A stretch of 32,000 nt of DNA from Planctomycetales bacterium (GCA_022646745.1 CP060262.1:750001-782000), one strand, 5' to 3'; positions 7,264 to 15,044 are shown, counted from the stretch's first letter. Made by a program: numbers and translations. Notes: generated by a model from the letters alone, not told the origin.

Positions 7264-8085
7264 ATGAGCACGGTCCTCTCCTCCATCGGCAACGCACTCT
7301 CGATGTGCTGGCATTACGGCCTGCAGAAGCAGAAGGTCGAGATGTCCTACCGCGCGGACTTCATCATACAGACCCTGCTTTCGCTGGTGCACATTGCCGT
7401 GCAGCTGTTCTTCATCACTGCACTGTTCTTCCAGGTGAAGGACCTGCAGGGCTGGGAGCTGCCGGAGCTGGTGCTGATGTACGGTGTGGCGCGCATTGCC
7501 AACGGCTGGTTCAATGTCACCTTCTTTGACATGGCAGTCAGCCTCAGCGACCACTACATCATCGACGGCAACCTTGACCGTCCGCTCTTGCGCCCGCTTT
7601 CCCCATTGTTCCAGGTGGTGCTGGAGAGCCTCAGCTTCCGCAACATCACACAGGTGATCACCGGTACCGCAATCGCGCTGTGGGCCTTTGCCAATGTCGA
7701 GCCGCGGATCCCGCTCACAGTTGGCAACTTCCTGATGCTGCAGGCCTTCGGCCTGCTCGGCAGCGTGGTTTTCGCTGGCGTGTTTCTTACGATCGCGTCG
7801 ATCTCATTCTGGATCAAGGACCGCGTCGGCTTCACTTCCCCGCTGTTTACCATTTCCGAGGCCAGCCGCTACCCGTTGACGATCTACGCCCCCTGGGTGC
7901 AGTACGTCTTCACGCTGGTGATCCCCTTCGGCTTCTGCGCCTTCTACCCGGCGGTGTACTTCATCGAGCCGCAGCGCTGGCAGGCCTGGCTGCTGGCCGG
8001 CCCGCTGGTGGCGTCAGCCAGCTTCGCCTTTGGCAGTTTCATGTTCTACCGCGGGCTCAGGGTATACGAGAGCACGGGCTCCTGA
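7264..8085 (+). CDS. ABC-2 family transporter permease (DUF990-like)
   Basis: 273 aa with six hydrophobic segments. N-terminal ...KVEMSYRADFIIQ... and overall length and layout fit the ABC-2 membrane_6/DUF990 type. No partner ATPase or second permease is adjacent. Confidence 0.6.
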   Translation: MSTVLSSIGNALSMCWHYGLQKQKVEMSYRADFIIQTLLSLVHIAVQLFFITALFFQVKDLQGWELPELVLMYGVARIANGWFNVTFFDMAVSLSDHYIIDGNLDRPLLRPLSPLFQVVLESLSFRNITQVITGTAIALWAFANVEPRIPLTVGNFLMLQAFGLLGSVVFAGVFLTIASISFWIKDRVGFTSPLFTISEASRYPLTIYAPWVQYVFTLVIPFGFCAFYPAVYFIEPQRWQAWLLAGPLVASASFAFGSFMFYRGLRVYESTGS

Positions 8086-8150
8086 GGGATGGGGGGATGT
8101 GGGATGCGGGATGAGCAGAAGAGGTTGGCTTGGGGAGGTTGGAGGGAAGC
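8086..8150 (+). repeat. left arm of an imperfect inverted repeat (G-rich on + strand)
   Basis: gggatggggggatgtgggatgcgggatgagcagaagaggttggcttggggaggttggagggaag. Shares blocks gggatgggg, gaagaggt, gggaggttggag and ggaag with the reverse complement of 8745-8808. Confidence 0.6.
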
Positions 8151-8162
8151 GCGAGCAGAGTA

Positions 8163-8648
8163 ATGTTTGGCAGTCCAAGTTACAATCTGAATGTGAATGG
8201 GATATCGAGAAAAGTACTACAGATCTTCACGTTAGCGATTGCACTCATGCTTTGTTCATGTAGCGATCCTGGAACATCTGTTCACTTGGTCGGAAAGAAT
8301 GACAACTCCATTGTTGTTGGTGTCCAATATGGACTTGGCATCCATCCCAACGGGGCGTTTGTGGTTCGTGATAATGATTTGGCAACATTAATCAATGACG
8401 ATTTTCTTTCCAAAGAGGAATATGAATCATTGAAGGATCAGATCATAGAACTGCAGAAATATGCAGATCCTGAAAAGGAAATCAGTATAAGCTGGATTAT
8501 CCCAGCAGCTGAATTGAGACAATCATCAAACAAGTTGAGTCTTGTTGTTTACAGGTACAACGATGTCAATCACCGATGGGAAATATTGGTTCATCATGAG
8601 GTTGATTCTTCAATAGAAACAAAGGATTATCAAATGAGTTTTTACTAA
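8163..8648 (+). CDS. orphan AT-rich hypothetical lipoprotein
   Basis: ORF 8130-8648 with the first ATG at 8163. Hydrophobic N-terminus ending LMLCSC (lipobox-like). Sample lines hand-count to about 32-45% G+C, versus about 70% in a flanking operon line. I recognise no family. Confidence 0.55.
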   Translation: MFGSPSYNLNVNGISRKVLQIFTLAIALMLCSCSDPGTSVHLVGKNDNSIVVGVQYGLGIHPNGAFVVRDNDLATLINDDFLSKEEYESLKDQIIELQKYADPEKEISISWIIPAAELRQSSNKLSLVVYRYNDVNHRWEILVHHEVDSSIETKDYQMSFY

Positions 8649-8662
8649 GAAGTGAAAGTTGC

Positions 8663-8808
8663 CCACTGACTACTGACTCAGGCGGCTGGCATCCGCCACT
8701 CCAGCGAGCTGAATGCTCGCGCTCCAAACGGTCGGTTTGGCGACCGACCTTCCTAACTCCCCACTCCAACCTCCCACCTCTTCCGCCCATCCCTCATTCC
8801 CCATCCCG
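8663..8808 (+). repeat. structured repeat copy A plus right arm of the inverted repeat
   Basis: 8663-8772 aligns with 8897-9016 at offset 234. Hairpins at 8681-8697, 8704-8720 and 8730-8749. 8745-8808 is the C-rich reverse-complement partner of 8086-8150. Confidence 0.65.
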
Positions 8809-8896
8809 GCTGCAAGGCTGCTCCAACGTTCCATTGTGCGCAAACAAGTTGCGCACCTCCGATTCTGCCTTCTGCCTTTTGCCCAGTGACTACTGT

Positions 8897-9016
8897 CCAC
8901 TGACTACTGACTCAGGCGGCTGTAAGCCGCCACTTCAGCGAGCTGGATGCTCGCACTCCAATCGGTTCAGCGACCGACCCCCCAACTGCCAAACTCCCCA
9001 CTCCAAACTCCAACCT
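8897..9016 (+). repeat. structured repeat copy B
   Basis: ccactgactactgactcaggcggctgtaagccgccacttcagcgagctggatgctcgc... Hairpins at 8915-8931 and 8938-8954, preceded by a partial extra tgactactg duplication (8881-8896). Confidence 0.65.
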
Positions 9017-9050
9017 GCTCTGATACCCCCGACAACCCAGCTCCGACCAC

Positions 9051-10157
9051 CTAGCCATGAAGCATCAGCTTCTCGGCGATGCCCCGGCCCTCCTCGGTCA
9101 GGCGCAGGATGCTGTCCTGCTCGCGCAGCATGCGGTGGCGCTGGGCGTAGCCGATCACCTCGCGGGCGAACTGCTCCTGCCAGTGCATGTGTTCCGCGAT
9201 GTTCTCCGTGTTGCACTCCACCGGCTCCTCCGGGCGGCCCTCATGGTTGGCAATGTGCACCGCGAGCATCTGCGCCGGGAACAGCAGGCGCTGCTCGGCC
9301 TGCTGCATCCAGCGGCTGACGAGCCCACGCTCGGGGGCCAGCAGCCAGCAGACGAGGAAGCAGATCCCGCAGGCGGCGGCGATGCAGCCGGCGATGTTGG
9401 AGTCGATCCTGACCGCAAGGTAGTAACCGCCTACTGCACTCACAGTTGCCAGCAGCGCACTCCAGCCCAGCATCTGCGCCAGCGAGCGTGACAGCAGCCA
9501 GGCGGCGGAAGGCGGCGCGATCATCAGCGCCACCATCAGGATGCTGCCCACGGCGTCAAAGCTGGCAACAGCGGTCACACTGACCAGGCTGACCAGCAGG
9601 TAATGCAGCAGGAGCGGCGAGAAGCCGAGCGAGGCGGCCAGCCCGGCGTCGAATATCGACAGCTTCAGTTCCTTGTAGCAGAGCGTGACGAACAGCAGGT
9701 TGGCCAGCAGCACGGCGGAGCTGACAATGAAGCTGCGCGGCAGGTCCATGCCGAGTACGCTTGCGGTGTCCATCCAGGCAAATCCCAGCTCACCGAGCAG
9801 CACGGCGTCGGTGTCGAGGTGCACGTCCCCCGCCATGCGCGTGATCAGGATCACTCCGATCGAGAACAGGAGCGGGAACACCAGGCCGATGGCGCTGTCC
9901 TCCCGCAGGCGGCGCGTGCCGAGCAGCAGCTGGATCAGCACGACGGTCAGTACACCGACGGCGGCTGCTCCGACCAGCAGCCAGGGGGAATTCAGGTCGC
10001 GCGTTGCCAGGAAGGCCAGTACGATGCCCAGCAGCACGGAGTGTGAGATTGCATCGCTGATCAGGCTCATGCGCCTGAGCACCAGCAGTGTACCGACAAG
10101 GCTGCAGCCGATGGCGACACTGGCAGCGGTCAGCAGGATGGACAGTTCAACGTTCAC
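9051..10157 (-). CDS. metal ABC transporter permease (ABC-3 family) with C-terminal DtxR-type winged-helix extension
   Basis: 368 aa. The ~280-aa polytopic core is typical of MntB/ZnuB/TroD permeases. The last ~85 aa (MLAVHIANHEG...IAEHMHWQEQFAREVIGYAQRHRMLREQDSILRLTEEGRGIAEKL) follow the DtxR N-terminal wHTH pattern. ATGA overlap with the upstream gene. Confidence 0.85.
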   Translation of the reverse strand: MNVELSILLTAASVAIGCSLVGTLLVLRRMSLISDAISHSVLLGIVLAFLATRDLNSPWLLVGAAAVGVLTVVLIQLLLGTRRLREDSAIGLVFPLLFSIGVILITRMAGDVHLDTDAVLLGELGFAWMDTASVLGMDLPRSFIVSSAVLLANLLFVTLCYKELKLSIFDAGLAASLGFSPLLLHYLLVSLVSVTAVASFDAVGSILMVALMIAPPSAAWLLSRSLAQMLGWSALLATVSAVGGYYLAVRIDSNIAGCIAAACGICFLVCWLLAPERGLVSRWMQQAEQRLLFPAQMLAVHIANHEGRPEEPVECNTENIAEHMHWQEQFAREVIGYAQRHRMLREQDSILRLTEEGRGIAEKLMLHG

Positions 10158-11275
10158 GTTGCCGCCTCCCCGCCGATGCTGCGCCGCGCTTCCTGCCAGC
10201 CGGCCTCCGTCAGCCGGATCCAGCCGCGCTCGCCGGAATACTCCACCCAGCCGAGGTCCACCATCACGGCGAGTGTCGATCGGGCGGCCTTCAGGCCGAC
10301 GGCCTGCAGGGCGTTGGGGTCATGCGGGCGGAAAGGGTCCGGGTCGGATTCCACCAGGCGGTAGAGCGCCTGCAGGATGCGCTGGGTCTCGATCCGGCGG
10401 CGGCTGGCAACATGCCGGAACCAGTCCGGCAACAGTCCGCGGTGCGGGGCCAGCAGGATTGCGAGCAGGGTCAGCACGCTGGCGATCACGACGATCACCG
10501 GCCCGGTGGGCAGCTTCTCCATACTGGCACTGAGCATTGCTCCGCCGATGCCGCTCATGGCTCCGAACAGCCCGCCGAGCAGCACGACATTCAGCAGCTT
10601 GTCGGAGAACTGCCGGGCAGCTGCCGCCGGGGCCACCACCAGCGCGCTCATCAGCACCACGCCGACGGCCTGCAGGCCGATCACGATCGCCAGCACGATC
10701 AGCGTTGTCAGCGTGGTGTCCAGCATGCGCTCCGGCAGGCCGGTGCTGGCGGCGAACTGCGGGTCGAAGCTGATCAGCTTGAACTCCTTCCAGAACAGGG
10801 CAAGGCAGATGAGGCAGGCCAGCCCGAGCAGGCAGATCGTCCAGACATCGCGCGTCAGCATGGTGGAGGCATTTCCGAACAGGAAGGTTGACAGCCCGGC
10901 CTTGCCGGCGCTTGGCAGGCGGTTGACGATAACCAGCACCACGAGCCCGATGCCGAAGAACACGGAAAGCACGATGCCGAGCGCACTATCCTCCCGCAGG
11001 CGGGTGCTGCGGGTGATCGCGCTGACGAGCAGTGTGCCGAGCCAGCCGCTGGCCAGGGCACCGAGCACCAGCACCAGCGGGTCTCGCGAACCGCTGAGCA
11101 GGAACGCAATGGCAACGCCGGGCAGCGCCGCATGTGAGATCGCGTCACCGAGCAGGCTCTGGCGCCTGAGCAGAGCGAACACACCGAGCGCTCCGGCGGT
11201 GAAGCCCAGCAGCGCGCAGCCCAGCATCACCGTGCGCACGGTGTAGTCGGACAGCAGCGCGCCCAGGCCATCCAT
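10154..11275 (-). CDS. metal ABC transporter permease (ABC-3 family) with C-terminal DtxR-type winged-helix extension
   Basis: 373 aa. Polytopic ABC-3 core, then the tail ILQALYRLVESDPDPF...STLAVMVDLGWVEYSGERGWIRLTEAGWQEARR. Its start shares 1 nt with the ATPase stop. Confidence 0.85.
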   Translation of the reverse strand: MDGLGALLSDYTVRTVMLGCALLGFTAGALGVFALLRRQSLLGDAISHAALPGVAIAFLLSGSRDPLVLVLGALASGWLGTLLVSAITRSTRLREDSALGIVLSVFFGIGLVVLVIVNRLPSAGKAGLSTFLFGNASTMLTRDVWTICLLGLACLICLALFWKEFKLISFDPQFAASTGLPERMLDTTLTTLIVLAIVIGLQAVGVVLMSALVVAPAAAARQFSDKLLNVVLLGGLFGAMSGIGGAMLSASMEKLPTGPVIVVIASVLTLLAILLAPHRGLLPDWFRHVASRRRIETQRILQALYRLVESDPDPFRPHDPNALQAVGLKAARSTLAVMVDLGWVEYSGERGWIRLTEAGWQEARRSIGGEAAT

Positions 11276-12030
11276 CAGCCGTCCCCGCCTTCCTGCTTCA
11301 TCAGGTAGGCCGAGCGGCCGCCGTAGGTCATTGCCAGCATCTCCGGCGTGGCGGTCGTGGCCACCGGGCCGGCGGCGATCGCACGCACGTTCAGCAGCAA
11401 TACCCAGTCGAAGTACTCGGCCAGCGTTGACAGGTCGTGGTGCACCACCAGCAGGGTCCGGCCGCGCTCGCGCAGCTCCTTCAGGATGCCGACGATTGCC
11501 TTCTCGGTGGTTACATCGACTCCGGCGAAGGGTTCGTCAAGGAAGTAGATCTCGCTGTCCTGCACCAGCGCTCTGGCGAGGAACACGCGCTGCTGCTGCC
11601 CACCGGACAGCTGGCTGATCTGGCGGTTGGCGAAGTCCGTCATCCCGACGCGCTCCAGGGCCTGCATTGCCAGTTCACGTTCCCGTTTGCCGGGACGGCG
11701 GAACCAGCCCAGTTCGCTGTAGCGGCCCATCATGACAACGTCGAGCGCGGTGGTCGGGAAGTCCCAGTCCACGCTGGAGCGCTGCGGTACGTAGCCGATC
11801 AGCCGGCGCTGCCGTGACAGCGGCTCACCCTTGATGAACACGCGCCCTGCGGCCGGCCGGACGAGGCCGAGGATGGACTTCAGCAGGGTGGTCTTGCCTG
11901 CGCCGTTGGGGCCGACGATTGCCATCAGCACACCGGGCGGTACCTCGAGGTCGACATCCCAAAGCACCGGGTTCTCCCGGTAGGCCACGGTGATGTCCTC
12001 CACCCGGATCGCCGGTGTCACTCCGTCCAT
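11275..12030 (-). CDS. metal ABC transporter ATP-binding protein
   Basis: 251 aa. Walker [10 protein letters not shown], signature [15 protein letters not shown], Walker [13 protein letters not shown]-loop VVHHD. ZnuC/MntA/TroB-like. Confidence 0.9.
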   Translation of the reverse strand: MDGVTPAIRVEDITVAYRENPVLWDVDLEVPPGVLMAIVGPNGAGKTTLLKSILGLVRPAAGRVFIKGEPLSRQRRLIGYVPQRSSVDWDFPTTALDVVMMGRYSELGWFRRPGKRERELAMQALERVGMTDFANRQISQLSGGQQQRVFLARALVQDSEIYFLDEPFAGVDVTTEKAIVGILKELRERGRTLLVVHHDLSTLAEYFDWVLLLNVRAIAAGPVATTATPEMLAMTYGGRSAYLMKQEGGDG

Positions 12031-13058
12031 GCCGGCCTCTCCCAGAGCGGGTTGCCATTTTCATCGCTGATCGAATACGGAATGGTCCCGCCCAGCGCCT
12101 GGACAATTGTCATCACATTGTGCCGGATCATGCCGTCATAGGTCCCGTCCGGCGTGCCTGCTGTGCCCATTGCATCACTGTAAAGTTCCCCGCCGATCTG
12201 CACCTCGAAGCCGCGGCTGCTGCAGGCGGCCTGCACGGCCTCGATGTTGCGCTGCGGCACACTGCTTTCCACGAAGATCGCCGGGATGCGCCGCTCGACG
12301 ATGAACTCCGCCAGCTCACGCACATCAGCAGTGCCGGCTTCGGCCTGGGTGCTGATGCCCTGCAGGCCGCGTACCTCATACCCGTATGCCTTGCCAAAAT
12401 AGTTGAATGCATCATGCGCGGTGATCAGCACACGTGATTCCTCCGGAACGGTGCCAAGCGCTTCAGTCACAGCCAGCTGCAGCACATCCAGGTCTGTCCA
12501 CAGGTCCATCCAGTTTCCCTCGAATTCGTCATGTAGTTCGGGCCTAAGTTCCTGAAGGTTGGTCCTGACCGTTTCCGCTGCTGACATCCACAGTTCCACA
12601 TCCATCCAGACATGCGGGTCATACAGGCCCTCGAACTGCGCAGGCTTGTCCAGCCTGCCACGGTCTATGCCGTCAGTCACGGCAACCACCGGCCGCTGCT
12701 GCCCGAGCTTCTCCAGCAGCTCCCCGAGCTTGGCCTCCAGGTGCAGGCCGTTGTAGAACACGATGTCCGCATCGGCCAGCGCCTGCACATCCCCGGTGGT
12801 GGCCTGGTAGAGGTGCGGATCCACGCCAGGGCCCATCATGCAGTAGACATCTAGCTGGCTGCCACCGATCCGTTCCACGATGTCGGCGATCATGCCTGTG
12901 GTGCAGACCACCCTGATCGGGCCAGCGTTGTCAACCGTCTTGCCGGCCATCCCATCCGATCCGGACTCGGGCGAGTCCTCGCGGCAGGACCCGGCCAGCA
13001 GCAGGAACGCTCCCAGCAGGATTGCCAGCAGGGCATGTATTACTTGCCTGTTGTTCAT
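12018..13058 (-). CDS. metal-binding lipoprotein, TroA/ZnuA (cluster A-I) substrate-binding protein
   Basis: 346 aa with a signal peptide ending LLAGSC. Ligand-position motifs [21 protein letters not shown] and ELYSDAMG give a His-His-His-Asp TroA-like set. No His-rich loop. Confidence 0.85.
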   Translation of the reverse strand: MNNRQVIHALLAILLGAFLLLAGSCREDSPESGSDGMAGKTVDNAGPIRVVCTTGMIADIVERIGGSQLDVYCMMGPGVDPHLYQATTGDVQALADADIVFYNGLHLEAKLGELLEKLGQQRPVVAVTDGIDRGRLDKPAQFEGLYDPHVWMDVELWMSAAETVRTNLQELRPELHDEFEGNWMDLWTDLDVLQLAVTEALGTVPEESRVLITAHDAFNYFGKAYGYEVRGLQGISTQAEAGTADVRELAEFIVERRIPAIFVESSVPQRNIEAVQAACSSRGFEVQIGGELYSDAMGTAGTPDGTYDGMIRHNVMTIVQALGGTIPYSISDENGNPLWERPAWTE

Positions 13059-14068
13059 GATGCATCCTCCTCCTGCCAGACCTTGTCCAGCAGGGTGAGG
13101 TCAGCACCCAGCGCGACCACGATGCGGCGCATCTCGCCCAGCAGCGTGGCATGGAATCCGGCTGCCTCATCCGGCAGCCCATCCATCTGCAGGCCGCTTA
13201 CGTTGGCAAGCTCCAGCCCGCGCTCCCTGCATGCCGTCTGCAGCGCTTCGATGCGGTCGGCCGGCACGTTCCCATCGAGGAACACCGCCGGCACTTTTCT
13301 CTCAACGAGGTAGTCGGCGAGGGCGTCGATCTTCTGCTGGTCCGCCAGTTCGGCAATGTCATCCTTCGTCATTGCCATCAGCTCGAATCGGTTCGTGCGT
13401 GCCAGGTAGCTGCTGCCGTGGATGTTCGTCACCAGCACGCGCTGGCTGTCCGTCAGGCTGCCGTTGAGGTCCAGCATGCGGGTGTCCAGCTTCATCAGGT
13501 CCATGTAGTAATCGGCATAACGTGAGGCGAAGTAGCCATCCTGTGCCGGGTCAAGGGCCAGCAGGGCATTGCGCACGGTGTCGGACACCTTGCGCCAGAG
13601 CTCGACATCGAGCCAGACATGCGGGTCGTACTGCCCGCCGTAGGCATTGGTCGCCATCAGCCGGTCGTTGTCAATCTCGTAAGTCACTTCCACCAGCGTG
13701 CCGGCCTGCCGCGCCAGTTCCAGCTCGGAAGCCAGGCCGGCTTCAAGTCCCAGTCCGTTGGACAGCACAAGCTGCGCTGTTGCCAGCGCCTGCCTGTCAG
13801 CATCGCTTGCCACATAGGAATGCGGGTCAGTGCCGGCAGGGATGATCAGTGTCACGTTGGCGTGTTCATCACCGATCGCGCGGGCGATCTCAGCGATCAG
13901 CGCAGTGGTACAGACGACATTCATCGGGCTTCCCCCGCCGGCTGCCGGTTCGATGTCAACGGCAGCGGCCTGTGTGTTTTCAGTCTTCGCCTCACTGCGG
14001 CCTTCATTGCATGACAGGGCCAGCAGCAGGATTGCCAGGAGCGTGATGCATGTCCGCAGCCTGTTCAT
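13055..14068 (-). CDS. second, divergent TroA/ZnuA-family metal-binding lipoprotein
   Basis: 337 aa with a signal peptide ending LALSC. Keeps DPHSY and DPHVWLD. The third ligand region reads VTNIHGSSY (His shifted by one position) and the fourth LQMDGLP. ATGA overlaps at both ends. Confidence 0.75.
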   Translation of the reverse strand: MNRLRTCITLLAILLLALSCNEGRSEAKTENTQAAAVDIEPAAGGGSPMNVVCTTALIAEIARAIGDEHANVTLIIPAGTDPHSYVASDADRQALATAQLVLSNGLGLEAGLASELELARQAGTLVEVTYEIDNDRLMATNAYGGQYDPHVWLDVELWRKVSDTVRNALLALDPAQDGYFASRYADYYMDLMKLDTRMLDLNGSLTDSQRVLVTNIHGSSYLARTNRFELMAMTKDDIAELADQQKIDALADYLVERKVPAVFLDGNVPADRIEALQTACRERGLELANVSGLQMDGLPDEAAGFHATLLGEMRRIVVALGADLTLLDKVWQEEDAS

Positions 14069-14571
14069 GCCCGGTCACCGGATCCGCTGGCATCCCCCAG
14101 CAGGGTGAATGCTCCGCTGCCGTTAAGCTCGGCGGCTTCGCGCAGGCGCCTGCGTGTGGCGTCGTCAATCTTCTGCCAGGCTTCCAGCCAGTGATGCAGG
14201 CGCTCGCTGGTCTCACCGCTCAGCCCATGTTCCATCACGCAGGCTTCGGACTCCGCCTTCTCCCGCGGCACACCCAGCACTTCCGCCAGCAGGAACACCA
14301 CGTCGTCATGGCGGTGCGCCAGCTGCTGGGCCAGGCTTTGTCCGATCTCACTGAGAAACACCGGTCCGCGGTCCTCCTGGATCACGAGACCCATGCTGCG
14401 CAGGCGGGTCAGTGTGCGGCTGACGGTCGGAAGCTTGGTGGCGAGCTTCGCGGCGATGTCCGTCACGCGTACCCCTTCACCTGCTTCATCCGCAAGGGCC
14501 AGAGCATAGACCGCCTCCAGGTAGTCCTGCTGCGCGGCACTGAGCTCCGGCTGTTCATTGATACTGTCCAT
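14065..14571 (-). CDS. DtxR/MntR-family metal-dependent transcriptional regulator
   Basis: 168 aa. N-terminal wHTH (QQDYLEAVYALA...VTDIAAKLATKLPTVSRTLTRLRSMGLV), then a dimerisation/metal-site helix with HRHDDV...E..C..EH. First gene of the operon. Confidence 0.85.
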   Translation of the reverse strand: MDSINEQPELSAAQQDYLEAVYALALADEAGEGVRVTDIAAKLATKLPTVSRTLTRLRSMGLVIQEDRGPVFLSEIGQSLAQQLAHRHDDVVFLLAEVLGVPREKAESEACVMEHGLSGETSERLHHWLEAWQKIDDATRRRLREAAELNGSGAFTLLGDASGSGDRA

Positions 14572-14574
14572 TAC

Positions 14575-14612
14575 GAATTACCTCTGGGTAATTACCCTTG
14601 GGTAATTGTAAC
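14575..14612 (-). promoter_or_regulatory. three tandem ~14-bp TAATTA-centred palindromic operator repeats overlapping an extended -10
   Basis: gAATTACCtctGGGTAATTACCCttGGGTAATTGTAAc. GGGTAATTACCC (14586-14597) is a perfect 12-bp palindrome. GGTAATT recurs at 14-bp spacing. On the minus strand TGTTACAAT (14605-14613) is a plausible extended -10, 34 nt upstream of the regulator ATG. Confidence 0.55.
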
Positions 14613-14667
14613 AGCAGGATAGGAATATGATGTGGATTCCCGGAATTGACTCAGCTCAGGATTAATC

Positions 14668-14859
14668 TCAGACCCGACCCAGCCACCATGCCACCGACAT
14701 CAGGAGCAGCATCAGCGCTACGATGGAGTAGAAGAGCAGCTGCAGGAATTCATCTGAAAGATTGCGCGTGAGGATCCAGCGCTGCAGCATCGCCGCTATC
14801 CGGCTGCGCAGGAATATCACGGCAGCCAGTGCTGCCAGGAGAGCCAGTCCCTCAAGCAT
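14668..14859 (-). CDS. small 2-TM membrane protein (63 aa)
   Basis: MLEGLALLAALAAVIFLRSR...LLFYSIVALMLLLMSVAWWLGRV. Starts 11 nt after the stop of the preceding small ORF. Confidence 0.45.
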   Translation of the reverse strand: MLEGLALLAALAAVIFLRSRIAAMLQRWILTRNLSDEFLQLLFYSIVALMLLLMSVAWWLGRV

Positions 14860-14870
14860 GGTTCACAACA

Positions 14871-15044
14871 TCAGGCTGCCGGCTGCAGCACGAACAGCCA
14901 GAGCACGATCAGAAACGGGATCAGTCCCTCCACCACGCTCCAGATCAACAGGATGCGGCGCGGCAGACGCATGATCACGATCACGAATGTGACAATGCTG
15001 AATGCCACCGCCAGCCCGATCAGGATCATCATGTTCTGGTCCAT
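14871..15044 (-). CDS. small 2-TM membrane protein (57 aa, below the ORF-track cutoff)
   Basis: Hand translation: MDQNMMILIGLAVAFSIVTFVIVIMRLPRRILLIWSVVEGLIPFLIVLWLFVLQPAA. GGGAGG lies 6 nt upstream of the ATG. Confidence 0.5.
   Translation of the reverse strand: MDQNMMILIGLAVAFSIVTFVIVIMRLPRRILLIWSVVEGLIPFLIVLWLFVLQPAA

Noticed and set aside
6604-7554. 316-aa - strand ORF spanning the 6773-7263 spacer
   Set aside because: It overlaps the ends of two well-supported + strand genes and crosses a + strand terminator. It has no RBS and low-complexity content.
8663-9016. Integron attC sites / gene cassette array
   Set aside because: The repeats fold as three short local hairpins rather than one long R''-L''/L'-R' bulged stem. 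I find no GTTRRRY/RYYYAAC core sites at the boundaries and no integrase gene in the window.
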